64,000 nucleotides of DNA, from positions 31,843 through 95,842 of the forward strand of contig JBJMKA010000015.1 in NCBI GenBank assembly GCA_045805985.1. Reading direction: 5' to 3'. The stretch's first letter is position 1, and each line of letters opens with the position of its first letter. This document shows positions 38,438 to 49,271 of the stretch, in pieces. The notes under the pieces were generated by a model that worked only from the letters and a program-made list of their open reading frames with translations, did not search any database and had not been told where the DNA came from. This DNA is from Gaiellaceae bacterium. GTDB taxonomy: Bacteria; Actinomycetota; Thermoleophilia; Gaiellales; Gaiellaceae. A program made the position numbers and the translations under genes.

Positions 38438-39270
38438 ACGCGAGCGGTTGCCTCGACGCGCTCACCGCACCCGAGATCGCCTCGTCATTCGACGCGTTCG
38501 TGACGAAGACCGTGACGCCGGAACCGCGCAAGGGGAACACGCCCGTGCGCATCGCGGAGACTGACTTCGGGATGCTGAACGCGATCGGTTTGGCGAACCC
38601 GGGACGCGAAGTGTTCCTCGCGGAGACGCTGCCGCAATTGCGTGCGTTGAACGTTCCCTTGTGGGTGTCGGTCGGTGGGTTCGCCGCGCACGAGTACGCG
38701 GACACGTGTGCCCGGCTGGACAACGTGACGATCGAGCTGAACCTCAGTTGCCCGAACGTCGACGAGGCGCCCGAGTCGGCTGCAGAGATCGTCGCGGCCT
38801 GCCGTGAGGCGACCGCAAACCCGCTCTACGCCAAGGTTTCGCCGCATTCCTGGGACCTGGCCGAGACCGTGCGAGCGGTCGAGGCTGCCGGCGCGGACGG
38901 TGTCAGCCTGGTCAACACACTGCGCGGTGTCGCACTGGACGCGCGTCTGCGCCCGAAGCTTGACCGCGGTGCCGGTGGTTACTCGGGACCGGCGATGAAA
39001 CCGGTCGCGCTTGCCGCGGTGCTCGCGGCGCGACGTGCGACTGATCTCCCGATAGTCGGCATGGGCGGCGTGTGCAACGGGCGCGATGCTCTCGAACTGA
39101 TTGCGTGCGGTGCGACGCACGTCGCACTCGGCACTGTGCTGTTCGCGGACCCCGACGCTCCGGCGCGTGTTCGTGTTGAACTCGACGCGGAAGCGACACG
39201 TGCAGGGTTCGACCGTCCGGACGATGCGTTCGGTATCGCGGGCGACGGCGTTGCCCGGTTGGCAAACTAG
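38425..39270 (+). CDS. pyrD: Dihydroorotate dehydrogenase, class 1B catalytic subunit
   Basis: Tail of ORF 37930..39270 from GTG 38425 (VLLLNASGC). Motifs NLSCPN, GGYSGPAMKP, GMGGV. Confidence 0.88.
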   Translation: MLLLNASGCLDALTAPEIASSFDAFVTKTVTPEPRKGNTPVRIAETDFGMLNAIGLANPGREVFLAETLPQLRALNVPLWVSVGGFAAHEYADTCARLDNVTIELNLSCPNVDEAPESAAEIVAACREATANPLYAKVSPHSWDLAETVRAVEAAGADGVSLVNTLRGVALDARLRPKLDRGAGGYSGPAMKPVALAAVLAARRATDLPIVGMGGVCNGRDALELIACGATHVALGTVLFADPDAPARVRVELDAEATRAGFDRPDDAFGIAGDGVARLAN

Positions 39271-39285
39271 GGCAAAACGTGGCAG

Positions 39286-39313
39286 TTGCACGCGGCTGTG
39301 AGGTTGGTAGAGT
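39286..39313 (+). promoter_or_regulatory. Candidate mihF promoter giving a near-leaderless mRNA
   Basis: TTGCAC (39286-91), 16-nt spacer, TAGAGT (39308-13). ATG lies 9 nt after the -10 element. Confidence 0.35.
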
Positions 39314-39322
39314 GCTGCGCTC

Positions 39323-39655
39323 ATGGTGCCGCCCCAGACACAGGTCCAAGCTCCGGTCCGCTCCTTGGATCAGAGGATGGAGGCGCTCAAGCGGGCGAAC
39401 GACATCCGCGTGAAACGCGCACAGCTGAAGAAGAACCTGAAGTCGGGAAGCGTCTCGATCGAGCAGATCCTCGGCCAGCCGCCCGAGTACGTGTCGACGG
39501 CCAAGGTGTTCGACATGCTGATGGCGGTGCCGAAGTTCGGCCGCGTCAAGGCCGCCCGCCTGCTCAACCAGTGCCGCATCAGCCAGTCGAAGACGGTCGG
39601 CGGCCTCTCCGACCGCCAGCGGCACGAGCTGATTGACCTCTTCAACCACCGGTAA
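39323..39655 (+). CDS. mihF: Actinobacterial integration host factor
   Basis: RAQLKKNLKSGSVS ... PKFGRVKAARLL ... GGLSDRQRHEL, typical of mIHF. Conserved position upstream of gmk. Confidence 0.85.
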   Translation: MVPPQTQVQAPVRSLDQRMEALKRANDIRVKRAQLKKNLKSGSVSIEQILGQPPEYVSTAKVFDMLMAVPKFGRVKAARLLNQCRISQSKTVGGLSDRQRHELIDLFNHR

Positions 39656-40235
39656 CAGCAACAAGCCGGTCTTCGTGGTCACCGGCCCTTCGGGTGCCGG
39701 GAAGGGCACGTTGATCCAACTCGTCCTGCCGCGCTTCCCGGCGCTCGCCGCTGCGGTGTCCGCGACGACGCGCCCGCAGCGCCCGGGCGAGCAGGACGGT
39801 GTCGATTACCACTTCCTCAGCCGCGAGGCGTTCGACGCGAAGATCGAAGCGGGCGAATTCCTCGAGTGGGTCGACTACGTCGGCAACCGCTACGGGACGC
39901 TCAGGTCGGAGATCGACCGCTTGCGCGCCGCGGGCAAGGCACCGCTGCTCGAGCTCGAGACGGAAGGAGCGTTGCGCGTGAAGCGTCGGGAGGAGCTCGC
40001 GGTCACGATCTTCGTCACGGCGCCGGTCGAGGAGCTGGAGCAGCGGTTGCGGAAGCGCGCGACGGAGAGCTCCGGCGCGATCGGCGAGCGGATCGAGACG
40101 GCCAAGCGTCAGCTCGAGCTTCAGGGGCAGTTCGACTTCGTGGTCGAGAACGACGACCGGGACCGCGCCGCGGATGCCCTCGCAGCCATCATCACGCAGG
40201 AATTGGACCGTGCCGCTACCATGGCCGCACAATGA
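39633..40235 (+). CDS. gmk: Guanylate kinase
   Basis: P-loop GPSGAGKGT and [12 protein letters not shown] start is uncertain and overlaps the mihF end. Confidence 0.9.
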   Translation: MTSSTTGNSNKPVFVVTGPSGAGKGTLIQLVLPRFPALAAAVSATTRPQRPGEQDGVDYHFLSREAFDAKIEAGEFLEWVDYVGNRYGTLRSEIDRLRAAGKAPLLELETEGALRVKRREELAVTIFVTAPVEELEQRLRKRATESSGAIGERIETAKRQLELQGQFDFVVENDDRDRAADALAAIITQELDRAATMAAQ

Positions 40236-40474
40236 TTCATCCCCGCATCGACGAATTGATGGACAAGGTCGACTCGCGCTACGCGCTGGTCATCGTCGCC
40301 GCCAAGCGCGCGCGGCAGATCAACAACTACCACCACCAGCTCGGTGAGGGGACGTTCGACGAGTTCGCTCCGCCGCTGATTGAGTCGCGCTCGAAGAACT
40401 ACCTGACGATGTCCCTCGAGGAGATTGCCGAGGGCAAGATCGTCTACGAGTACCCCAAGACGCCAAAGAGGTAG
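40232..40474 (+). CDS. rpoZ: RNA polymerase omega subunit
   Basis: Tail of ORF 39866..40474 from ATG 40232, with an ATGA overlap. [16 protein letters not shown]. Confidence 0.92.
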   Translation: MIHPRIDELMDKVDSRYALVIVAAKRARQINNYHHQLGEGTFDEFAPPLIESRSKNYLTMSLEEIAEGKIVYEYPKTPKR

Positions 40475-40483
40475 GTCCCGGGG

Positions 40484-40547
40484 AACCTGGTTGGCGCTAC
40501 CTGCGGCGTTGGGCCTCAGGGATAGACGTTCGCGCCGCAACCAGGTT
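40484..40547 (+). other. 64-nt hairpin element sharing the AACCTGGTT base with the 19.3-kb dyads
   Basis: AACCTGGTTGGCGC (40484-97) pairs with GCGCCGCAACCAGGTT (40532-47): 10 bp, a 2-nt bulge, then 4 bp. 34-nt loop. Followed by TGTGCGTT. Confidence 0.6.
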
Positions 40548-40587
40548 TGTGCGTTAGACCGCGCTTGTGCCAGGCACAATCTGACGC

Positions 40588-41748
40588 ATGAGCCGGATCT
40601 TGCTTGGCGTCTCCGGAGGTATCGCGGCCTACAAGGCCTGCGAACTGACGCGCCTGCTCGTCAAGGCGGGGCACGACGTGGTTCCGCTCGTCACGCCCGG
40701 GGCGCAGCGGTTCGTGACCGAGGAGACGTTCCTCGCACTCGCCCGGCGTCCGAAGAACGAGGACCTCTACCCGCACCTGACCCGGGCCGACCTCCTGGTC
40801 GTGGCGCCGTGCACGGCGAACACGCTGGCGAAGCTGGCGCACGGGATCGCCGACAACGTCCTCACCGAGGCGGCGCTCGCCCACCGTGGGCCGATGCTCG
40901 TCGCGCCCGCGATGAACCCGCGCATGTGGATGCACCCGGCCACGCGCGCGAACGTGGAGACGCTGCGCGCGCGCGGCGTCGAACTCGTCGGCCCGGACGA
41001 GGGCGAGCTGGCGGAGGGCGAGTGGGGGGTGGGGCGGCTCGCAGAGCCCGCCGAGATCGCCGCCCGGGCCGAGCAGCTGCTCGCGCCCGGCTCCCTCGCC
41101 GGCCGGCGCATCCTGATCACCGCCGGGGGCACACGCGAACCGGTCGACAGCGTGCGGTTCGTCGGGAACCGCTCATCGGGCCGCATGGGAGTCGCGCTTG
41201 CCGAAGAGGCTCAGCGCCGCGGCGCCGAGGTGATCGTGCTCGCCGCGAACCTCGCCGTCGACGTTCCTTTCGGGATCGAAGCGATCCCGACGCCGACGGC
41301 CGAGTCGATGCGGGACGCGGCGCTCGCGCTGCCGGACGTCGACGTCCTGCTGCTCGCAGCCGCCGTCGCCGACTATCGCCCGGCGGAGGCCCTCGCGGGC
41401 AAGCGCTCGAAGAGCGACCAGAGCTGGACACTGGAGCTGCAGCCGACCGACGACATCGCGAAGGCCCTCGGCGAGCGCAAGCGCGCCGGCCAGGTGCTGG
41501 TCGCGTTCGGCGCCGACCACGGCGCGGAGGGACTGGAACGGAAGCGCGCGATGCTCGAGACGAAGAACGCCGACCTCGTCGTCTTCAACGACGTCAGCCG
41601 TTCGGACATCGGCTTCGACAGCACGGAGAACGAAGTCGTGCTGGTCGCACGGGACGGCGAGCGTACGGTGCCGAGGGCCGCGAAGGCAGCGATCGCCTCG
41701 GCGATCCTGGACGAGGTCGAGAGGCTGCTCCCTTCATCAAGCCTCTAG
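40588..41748 (+). CDS. coaBC: Bifunctional phosphopantothenoylcysteine decarboxylase / synthetase
   Basis: Flavoprotein N-domain (LLGVSGGIAAYK, PAMNPRMW) and DFP C-domain (ITAGGTREPVDSVRFVGNRSSG). Confidence 0.93.
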   Translation: MSRILLGVSGGIAAYKACELTRLLVKAGHDVVPLVTPGAQRFVTEETFLALARRPKNEDLYPHLTRADLLVVAPCTANTLAKLAHGIADNVLTEAALAHRGPMLVAPAMNPRMWMHPATRANVETLRARGVELVGPDEGELAEGEWGVGRLAEPAEIAARAEQLLAPGSLAGRRILITAGGTREPVDSVRFVGNRSSGRMGVALAEEAQRRGAEVIVLAANLAVDVPFGIEAIPTPTAESMRDAALALPDVDVLLLAAAVADYRPAEALAGKRSKSDQSWTLELQPTDDIAKALGERKRAGQVLVAFGADHGAEGLERKRAMLETKNADLVVFNDVSRSDIGFDSTENEVVLVARDGERTVPRAAKAAIASAILDEVERLLPSSSL

Positions 41749-41756
41749 ACGCGGTC

Positions 41757-42332
41757 GTGATGGCCGCCGGGCTCGGCACGCGGCTGCGCCCGCTGACCGA
41801 GCACTGGCCGAAGCCGGTGCTTCCGATCGACGGGAAGCCCGTCGTCGTGACGCTCGTCCACGACCTTGCGGCCGCCGGCTGCGAGCGGATCGTCGTCGTC
41901 ACGGGTCATCTTGCGGAGCAGGTCGAGGCGCTGCTCGAACCGCTGCCGTACGACATCCGCTTCGTTCGCCAGCCTCCGGGCCAGGGATCGGCCGACGCGG
42001 TGTTGCGCGCGCATGCGACCCCGCCGTATCTCGTGGTGGCCGCCGACAACGTCTTCGCAGAGGGCGATCTGGCGCGCTTCGCGCGTGCCGGCGCCGGCTT
42101 AGACGGGGCGGTCGCCGTGCACGGTGAGAGGCGACCGCCGCTGTGGCTCGTCGGCGAGCGGGTGCACCGTTTCCTCGATCCACTGCCCGGCAAGGCGCCC
42201 TACGAGTTGCAGGACGTCTTTGGTCGTGCCACCGACGCCGGCGCAAAGGTGTCTGCTATCCAGATAGGGCGCACCCGCGACCTCACCGAGCCCGTTGACC
42301 TGGTGCGCCAGAACTTCCCGTACCTGAGATGA
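41757..42332 (+). CDS. Nucleotidyltransferase family protein (sugar-phosphate NTP-transferase-like)
   Basis: Tail of ORF 40425..42332. GTG 41757 or ATG 41760. [12 protein letters not shown] signature. Confidence 0.75.
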   Translation: MMAAGLGTRLRPLTEHWPKPVLPIDGKPVVVTLVHDLAAAGCERIVVVTGHLAEQVEALLEPLPYDIRFVRQPPGQGSADAVLRAHATPPYLVVAADNVFAEGDLARFARAGAGLDGAVAVHGERRPPLWLVGERVHRFLDPLPGKAPYELQDVFGRATDAGAKVSAIQIGRTRDLTEPVDLVRQNFPYLR

Positions 42333-42685
42333 GCGACGCGTATCACCTGTTCCGAGAAGGCCAGAAGCGGCTCCGCACCGGGCTGACCGCGCAGGCGACC
42401 GTGCCGCTCGAGAAGGCGAAGAGGCTCGAGCCGGAGAAGGCGTCGATCAGGGAAGCGCTCGGCATCGCGTACTTCAGGCTCGCCCGCTGGCGGGAGGCGG
42501 AAGACGAGTTCCGGACGATCGTCGAGGAGCTCGAGCCGACCGACGACTACGCGCACTACGCCCTCGGCCGATCCCTCGAGCAGCAGGGCCGCCAAGCCGA
42601 GGCAAACGGGCACTACAAGCTCGCGAGCTCGATGAAGCCCGGCTCCGAGACGTACGCAGCGCGGATCCGCGAGCTCGAGCCGTAA
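42329..42685 (+). CDS. TPR-repeat protein
   Basis: 118-aa ORF with 2-3 TPR-like helical hairpins. ATGA overlap with the upstream gene. Confidence 0.7.
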   Translation: MSDAYHLFREGQKRLRTGLTAQATVPLEKAKRLEPEKASIREALGIAYFRLARWREAEDEFRTIVEELEPTDDYAHYALGRSLEQQGRQAEANGHYKLASSMKPGSETYAARIRELEP

Positions 42686-42690
42686 GCGGC

Positions 42691-43110
42691 TTGAGGGCTG
42701 TCGTCCAGCGGGTGACCCGCGCCGCCTCCACGCCGGGTGGCTCGATCGGCCCCGGCCTCTGCATTCTGCTCGGTGTGGCGGAGGGCGACGACGCGGCCGG
42801 CGCGGCCCGGCTGGCGGAGAAGATCGCCCGGCTGCGGATCTTCGAGAACGAGGAGGGCAGGTTCGACCGCTCGCTGCTCGACTCCGGCGGCGCCGCGCTG
42901 GTCGTGAGCCAGTTCACGCTGCTCGCGGACACGGCGAAGGGCAACCGGCCGAGCTTCTCCGGTGCGGCCCAGCCGGAGGTCGCAGAGCCGCTCTACGAGC
43001 GGTTCGCGCAGGCCCTCCGCGAGCTCGGCGTCCACGTCGAGACCGGCGTCTTCGGCGCGCGGATGTCCGTCGAGCTCGAAAACGACGGTCCCGTCACGAT
43101 CGTCATCTGA
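42691..43110 (+). CDS. dtd: D-aminoacyl-tRNA deacylase
   Basis: MRAVVQRV and SQFTLLADT ... GNRPSF motifs. TTG start. Confidence 0.92.
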   Translation: MRAVVQRVTRAASTPGGSIGPGLCILLGVAEGDDAAGAARLAEKIARLRIFENEEGRFDRSLLDSGGAALVVSQFTLLADTAKGNRPSFSGAAQPEVAEPLYERFAQALRELGVHVETGVFGARMSVELENDGPVTIVI

Positions 43111-43175
43111 GCTCGGGAGATCCCGCAAATAGGGGTTTCCTGGTACCCTGCACCCAACATTTCGGTGGGTTCGAG

Positions 43176-43198
43176 ATGGGCGCGCGGCGCCCATTTTT
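43176..43198 (+). terminator. Rho-independent terminator upstream of rimP
   Basis: ATGGGCGC-gcg-GCGCCCAT followed by TTTTTGTT. Confidence 0.8.
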
Positions 43199-43218
43199 GT
43201 TGATGGGGGTAGTTCGCA

Positions 43219-43671
43219 GTGGCAACGGCTCAGCTCCAAAAGGAACGACAGCTTCAGCGTGACGTAGCGCGCCTCGTCGAGGCCGCGGTACCGGGTGTGG
43301 AGGTGCTGGCTCTCGAGCTGACAGGCAAGGAACGGTTTTGCGTGTTCGTCGACCACGCCCAGGGCGTCGACCACGCTCTGTGTGTCCGGGTGACCGAGGC
43401 TCTTCGGGACTACCTCGACTCCTACAGCGTCGAGGTCTCCTCACCCGGGTTCGAACGTCCACTGCGAACGAAAGAGCATTTCGAGCGTGCGGTCGGGCAG
43501 GCCGTGCGAGTCAAGACCGAGACAGGCCGCGCACGCGGCGAAGTTGTCTCCGCCGGGGAGAAGAGCGTGCAGATCGAGAATGGGTCGGGTTCAGAGCAAC
43601 ACTCGCCGGTGGAGATTCCGTACGACCAAATCGTGCGGGCCAACTTGATCGATGAAGGGACGAAGGGATGA
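43219..43671 (+). CDS. rimP: Ribosome maturation factor RimP
   Basis: VEVSSPGFERPL motif. Conserved position before nusA. Confidence 0.9.
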   Translation: MATAQLQKERQLQRDVARLVEAAVPGVEVLALELTGKERFCVFVDHAQGVDHALCVRVTEALRDYLDSYSVEVSSPGFERPLRTKEHFERAVGQAVRVKTETGRARGEVVSAGEKSVQIENGSGSEQHSPVEIPYDQIVRANLIDEGTKG

Positions 43672-45176
43672 GCCAGGAGATCGTTGACGCCGTTCGCGAG
43701 ATCGAGCGCGAGAAGGGCATCGAGAGCGGGACGCTCGTCGCCGCCCTCGAGGACGCGCTGCTTGCGGCGTATAAGAAGACGCCGGGTGCGTCCCGGCACG
43801 CAACCGTGGTGCTCGACGACAAGGGCGACTTCCGTGTCTTCGCGATCGAGATCCCCGAAGACCTCGAGGTGCGCCTGCTCGAGGAGGCACGCGAGCGCGC
43901 CCTCGACGATCTCGAGCGCATCGAGGAGGAGACCGGCGAGAAGAACCACACGCTGCTTTCGGACGACGACCTCGAGATCGACTGGACGCAGGTCCCCGAC
44001 AGCGAGGTGAACCGGGAGGACGTGACGCCGGACAACTTCGGCCGCATCGCCGCGCAGACCGCGAAGCAGGTCATCCTGCAGCGGATCCGTGAAGCGGAGC
44101 GCGAGATGATGTACGACGAGTACATCGACCGCGTCGGCGAGGTCGTCACCGGCATCGTCCAGCAGACCGGCGACCGCCGGAACATCCTGGTCGACCTCGG
44201 CAAGGTCGAGGCGCTGCTGCCCGGCCCGGAGCAGGTCGACGGCGAGCGCTACGAGCAGGGCTCGCGGATCAAGGCCGTGATCCGCGAGGTCCGCACGGGC
44301 ACGAAGGGCCCGCAGGTGATCCTCTCGCGCCGCGACCCGGAGCTGATCAAGACGCTGTTCGAGCTCGAGGTGCCCGAGATCGCCGACGGACTTGTCGAGA
44401 TCCGAGGCGTGGCACGCGAGCCGGGGTACCGTTCGAAGATTGCCGTCGAGTCGCACGCCCAGGGCGTCGACCCGGTCGGGGCGTGTGTCGGCCCGCGTGG
44501 CTCGCGTGTCCGCATGGTCGTCTCGGAGTTGCGCGGCGAGAAGATCGACATCATCCCGTGGAACAACGAGCCGGCGCGCTTCGTCGCCAAGGCGCTGTCG
44601 CCGGCCCGCGTCCGCGAGGTCTACCTGGACGACGAGGGCAAGGAAGCAACCGTGGTCGTCCCCGACGACCAGCTCGCGCTCGCGATCGGCAAGGAGGGCA
44701 TGAACGCCCGCCTCGCCGCGCGTCTGACCGGTTGGAAGATCGACATCACCTCCGACTCCGAGTTTGCACAGCAGGAGGCCGACGCGGCCTTCGGTGGCGG
44801 TGAGCCCGGCGACGAGAACGACTACTCGGGCCGCTGTGCGGCGATCCTCTCGAACGGCAAGCGCTGCCCGAACGCCGCGCTCCCCGGCTCGAAGTACTGC
44901 GGCGTTCCGGCGCACCAGGCGCTCGAGGGCCAGGAAGTGCCGGTTGTCACCGAGCCGGAGCCCGAGCTCGAGGCCGAGGCGGAGCTCGCCGACGAGTTTC
45001 CGGCCGGTCCCGGCGACGAGCCAGTGCTCGTGAGCGACGACGACAACCCGCCGGTCGACCCCGAGGCGGGCCACGTGGACGAGGTCGTCCAGGTCGTCCC
45101 GGTCGTCACGGATCCCGCCGTCCTCGAAACCACGGTCCTCGAAAACAGCGAGCAGGAGACCGAGACGAACGAGTAA
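43668..45176 (+). CDS. nusA: Transcription termination/antitermination factor NusA (extended)
   Basis: NTD, S1 and two KH domains ([33 protein letters not shown]). Also an insertion after the NTD and a 150-aa Cys3His plus acidic tail. Confidence 0.95.
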   Translation: MSQEIVDAVREIEREKGIESGTLVAALEDALLAAYKKTPGASRHATVVLDDKGDFRVFAIEIPEDLEVRLLEEARERALDDLERIEEETGEKNHTLLSDDDLEIDWTQVPDSEVNREDVTPDNFGRIAAQTAKQVILQRIREAEREMMYDEYIDRVGEVVTGIVQQTGDRRNILVDLGKVEALLPGPEQVDGERYEQGSRIKAVIREVRTGTKGPQVILSRRDPELIKTLFELEVPEIADGLVEIRGVAREPGYRSKIAVESHAQGVDPVGACVGPRGSRVRMVVSELRGEKIDIIPWNNEPARFVAKALSPARVREVYLDDEGKEATVVVPDDQLALAIGKEGMNARLAARLTGWKIDITSDSEFAQQEADAAFGGGEPGDENDYSGRCAAILSNGKRCPNAALPGSKYCGVPAHQALEGQEVPVVTEPEPELEAEAELADEFPAGPGDEPVLVSDDDNPPVDPEAGHVDEVVQVVPVVTDPAVLETTVLENSEQETETNE

Positions 45177-45408
45177 CCGGGTCCGCACCTGTGCCGGCTG
45201 CGGCCGCAAGGCGCCCCAGGACGAGCTGCAGCGCTTCCACGCGGAAGGCGGCGAGCTCGTTCCGCGCGCTGGAGCGGGCCGGGGCACGTACACCTGCCCG
45301 CGCTTGCAGTGCTTCGAGCGCGCGACGTCCCGGCGGGCGTTCAATCGCATCCTGCGTACGAACCTCCGCGTCGACCCTGCTCTCGCCCGTCTCTACACTG
45401 GAAACTGA
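45169..45408 (+). CDS. ylxR: YlxR/RnpM (DUF448) RNA-binding protein, no canonical start codon
   Basis: Frame open 45034..45408. Reads ...[22 protein letters not shown] ... GRGTYTCP ... RRAFNRILR, the DUF448 signature. The first ATG/GTG/TTG is TTG 45301, after the RTCxxC motif. ACG 45169 with AGGAG 10 nt upstream is used as a provisional start. Confidence 0.7.
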   Translation, partial: TSNRVRTCAGCGRKAPQDELQRFHAEGGELVPRAGAGRGTYTCPRLQCFERATSRRAFNRILRTNLRVDPALARLYTGN

Positions 45409-45411
45409 CCA

Positions 45412-47385
<1,974 letters not shown>

Positions 47386-47386
47386 C

Positions 47387-47686
47387 TTGGGCTCGGGCTT
47401 CGTCGCAATCCTCACCGTCGAGCTCCACTTTCCGGAAGCAGCGTCCCTGAAGGGGAAGCGCCACTACGTGCGCTCCGCGAAGGACAACCTGCGCAACCGC
47501 TTTGGCGCCGCAGTCGCGGAGGTCGACCACCACGACCTCTGGCAACGCGTAACGCTCACGGTTGCCTGTGTGTCCCGCTCGGCACACGAAGCCGAAGAGC
47601 TGGCCGACGGCGCCGAGCGCTGGCTCGCCTCCGGCGACTGGGTGCTCGTGCGGTGCGATCGCCTGCTCGTGTCACCGGACGATTGA
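47387..47686 (+). CDS. ylxP: DUF503 (YlxP-like) protein
   Basis: SLKGKR ... RFGAAVAEVDHHDLWQR signature. Conserved position between infB and rbfA. TTG start. Confidence 0.8.
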   Translation: MGSGFVAILTVELHFPEAASLKGKRHYVRSAKDNLRNRFGAAVAEVDHHDLWQRVTLTVACVSRSAHEAEELADGAERWLASGDWVLVRCDRLLVSPDD

Positions 47687-47850
47687 TGATCGGTTCCCGA
47701 TTCGAGTGCCCGCGGGGAGGGTCTGCACCAAGCAGCGTGGCTGACCCGACCGGTGCGAAGGCAGGTTTGCCTTGGTGCTGGTCGGGGCGGGCGCGATGCG
47801 CCGCGTGCAGGCCCCCATCCGTGGGTGCTCAGAATCGGGAATCGATCATC
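47685..47850 (+). other. ~166-nt rod-like imperfect palindrome filling the ylxP-rbfA spacer
   Basis: 47685-47703 pairs with 47832-47850 (19 bp, one G.U). 47704-47711 pairs with 47823-47830 (8 bp, two G.U). Further pairing 47712-47728/47805-47822. Apical helices 47741-47753/47778-47790 and 47758-47763/47768-47773. Confidence 0.75.
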
Positions 47851-47863
47851 TACGCTGCCGGTC

Positions 47864-48232
47864 GTGTCCGAGCGCATGCGCAGAGTCAACGAGTCCGTCC
47901 GCGCCGTCGTCGCGGAAGGCCTCGGGGAGCTCAAGGACCCGCGGATCGGGATGGTCACCGTCACCGGCGTGCACGTCACACCCGACCTCGCGGAGGCGCG
48001 CATCTTCGTCTCCGTGCTCGGCAGCGACAAGAAGCGGACGGCGACGCTTGCCGGCCTCGATTCGGCGCGCGGGGTCTTGCAAGCGAAGCTCGGCCGGCAA
48101 CTCAGCTTGCGCCGGACACCCGCGTTGACCTTCACCTACGATGACTCCGTCGAGCGCGGCGTGCGCATGACGAAGCTGATCGAGGATCTGGCGGCGGACC
48201 TTCCCGAGAGTGAGCCAGATGCAGAGCAGTGA
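47864..48232 (+). CDS. rbfA: Ribosome-binding factor A
   Basis: Tail of ORF 47753..48232. GTG 47864 (VSERMRRVNESV) or ATG 47876. RbfA KH-like core (VTVTGVHVTPDLAEARIFVS). Confidence 0.9.
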   Translation: MSERMRRVNESVRAVVAEGLGELKDPRIGMVTVTGVHVTPDLAEARIFVSVLGSDKKRTATLAGLDSARGVLQAKLGRQLSLRRTPALTFTYDDSVERGVRMTKLIEDLAADLPESEPDAEQ

Positions 48233-49235
48233 TCCGAGCGATGGCGCTGTGAAGGCGGTTGCGGACGCGATCCGGTCGAACGATCGCTTCCTCGTCGTGA
48301 CGCACGAGAACCCGGACGGCGATGCGCTCGGCTCGATGATCGGTGCCACTCTTGCTCTGCGCGAGCTCCGCAAGGACGTGGTCATGTACCTGTCGGGTAG
48401 GGCACCGACGCCGGCCGAGTACCATTTTCTCGACCTGAGCGAGGTGCGGCGCGAGCTGCCGGACGATCTCGAGGAGCGCGTGCTGCTCGCCGTCGATTGC
48501 GCGAACGAGCGGCGCATCGGCGAGGAGAACACGGGCGTCGATCGCGCGAAGCTCGTGGTGAACGTCGACCACCATCACGACAACTCGCGATTCGGCGACG
48601 TCAACCTGATCGTCGACGACGCATCGTCGACGGCGGAGATCGTTCGCGACATCCTTCGCGAGCTCGATGTGACGCTAACGCCTGATATCGCGGCCGCGCT
48701 CTACGTCGGACTCGTGACGGACACGGGGCGCTTCCAATACGCCAACACGACCGCGAAGGCGTTGCGGCTCGCCGCGGAGCTCGTCGAGGCGGGCGCAGAC
48801 GTGCACGGGATCTTCCGTCACGTCTACGAGACGGTGCAGTTCGCAAAGCTGAAGTTGCTCGCGCGTGCGCTCGAGCGCGCACAGCTGTTCGAAGGTGGGC
48901 GCCTCGTCGTCACCTACCTGCTGAAAGACGACTTCGGCGACGTCGGCGCCGAGGAGCCCTACTCCGAGGGGATCATCGACTCGTTGCGCGCGGTCGAAGG
49001 CTCGGAGATGGTCGCGCTGATTCGCGAGCCGCCGCGCAACGAGGGACCGGCCCGCCGCATCTCACTGCGCTCGAGCCACGACGAGGTGGACGTTTCCGCG
49101 ATCGCACGCAAGGAGGGAGGCGGCGGGCATCGCCAGGCTGCGGGCTTCTCCTCCGAGAAGCCGATCGGCGAGATCGTCGACTTCCTTCGCCGCGAGTTCG
49201 CGCTGGTTGCAGACGGTGCCGGCCCCCAAGGCTAG
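48210..49235 (+). CDS. nrnA: DHH-family phosphoesterase (NrnA-like oligoribonuclease/pAp phosphatase)
   Basis: HENPDGDALGS, DHHHDN and GGGHRQAAGF motifs. Confidence 0.85.
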   Translation: MSQMQSSDPSDGAVKAVADAIRSNDRFLVVTHENPDGDALGSMIGATLALRELRKDVVMYLSGRAPTPAEYHFLDLSEVRRELPDDLEERVLLAVDCANERRIGEENTGVDRAKLVVNVDHHHDNSRFGDVNLIVDDASSTAEIVRDILRELDVTLTPDIAAALYVGLVTDTGRFQYANTTAKALRLAAELVEAGADVHGIFRHVYETVQFAKLKLLARALERAQLFEGGRLVVTYLLKDDFGDVGAEEPYSEGIIDSLRAVEGSEMVALIREPPRNEGPARRISLRSSHDEVDVSAIARKEGGGGHRQAAGFSSEKPIGEIVDFLRREFALVADGAGPQG

Positions 49236-49271
49236 GGCTCGGGGAATCGTGTTCTTCGCAAGTCAAGGTTC

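Noticed and set aside
43111-43175. tRNA-like remnant upstream of rimP. E. coli has metY at this position, and GGGTTCGAG resembles a T-loop.
   Set aside because: No complementary T-stem, acceptor stem or anticodon arm can be drawn. It is most simply the dtd 3' UTR leading into the terminator at 43176.
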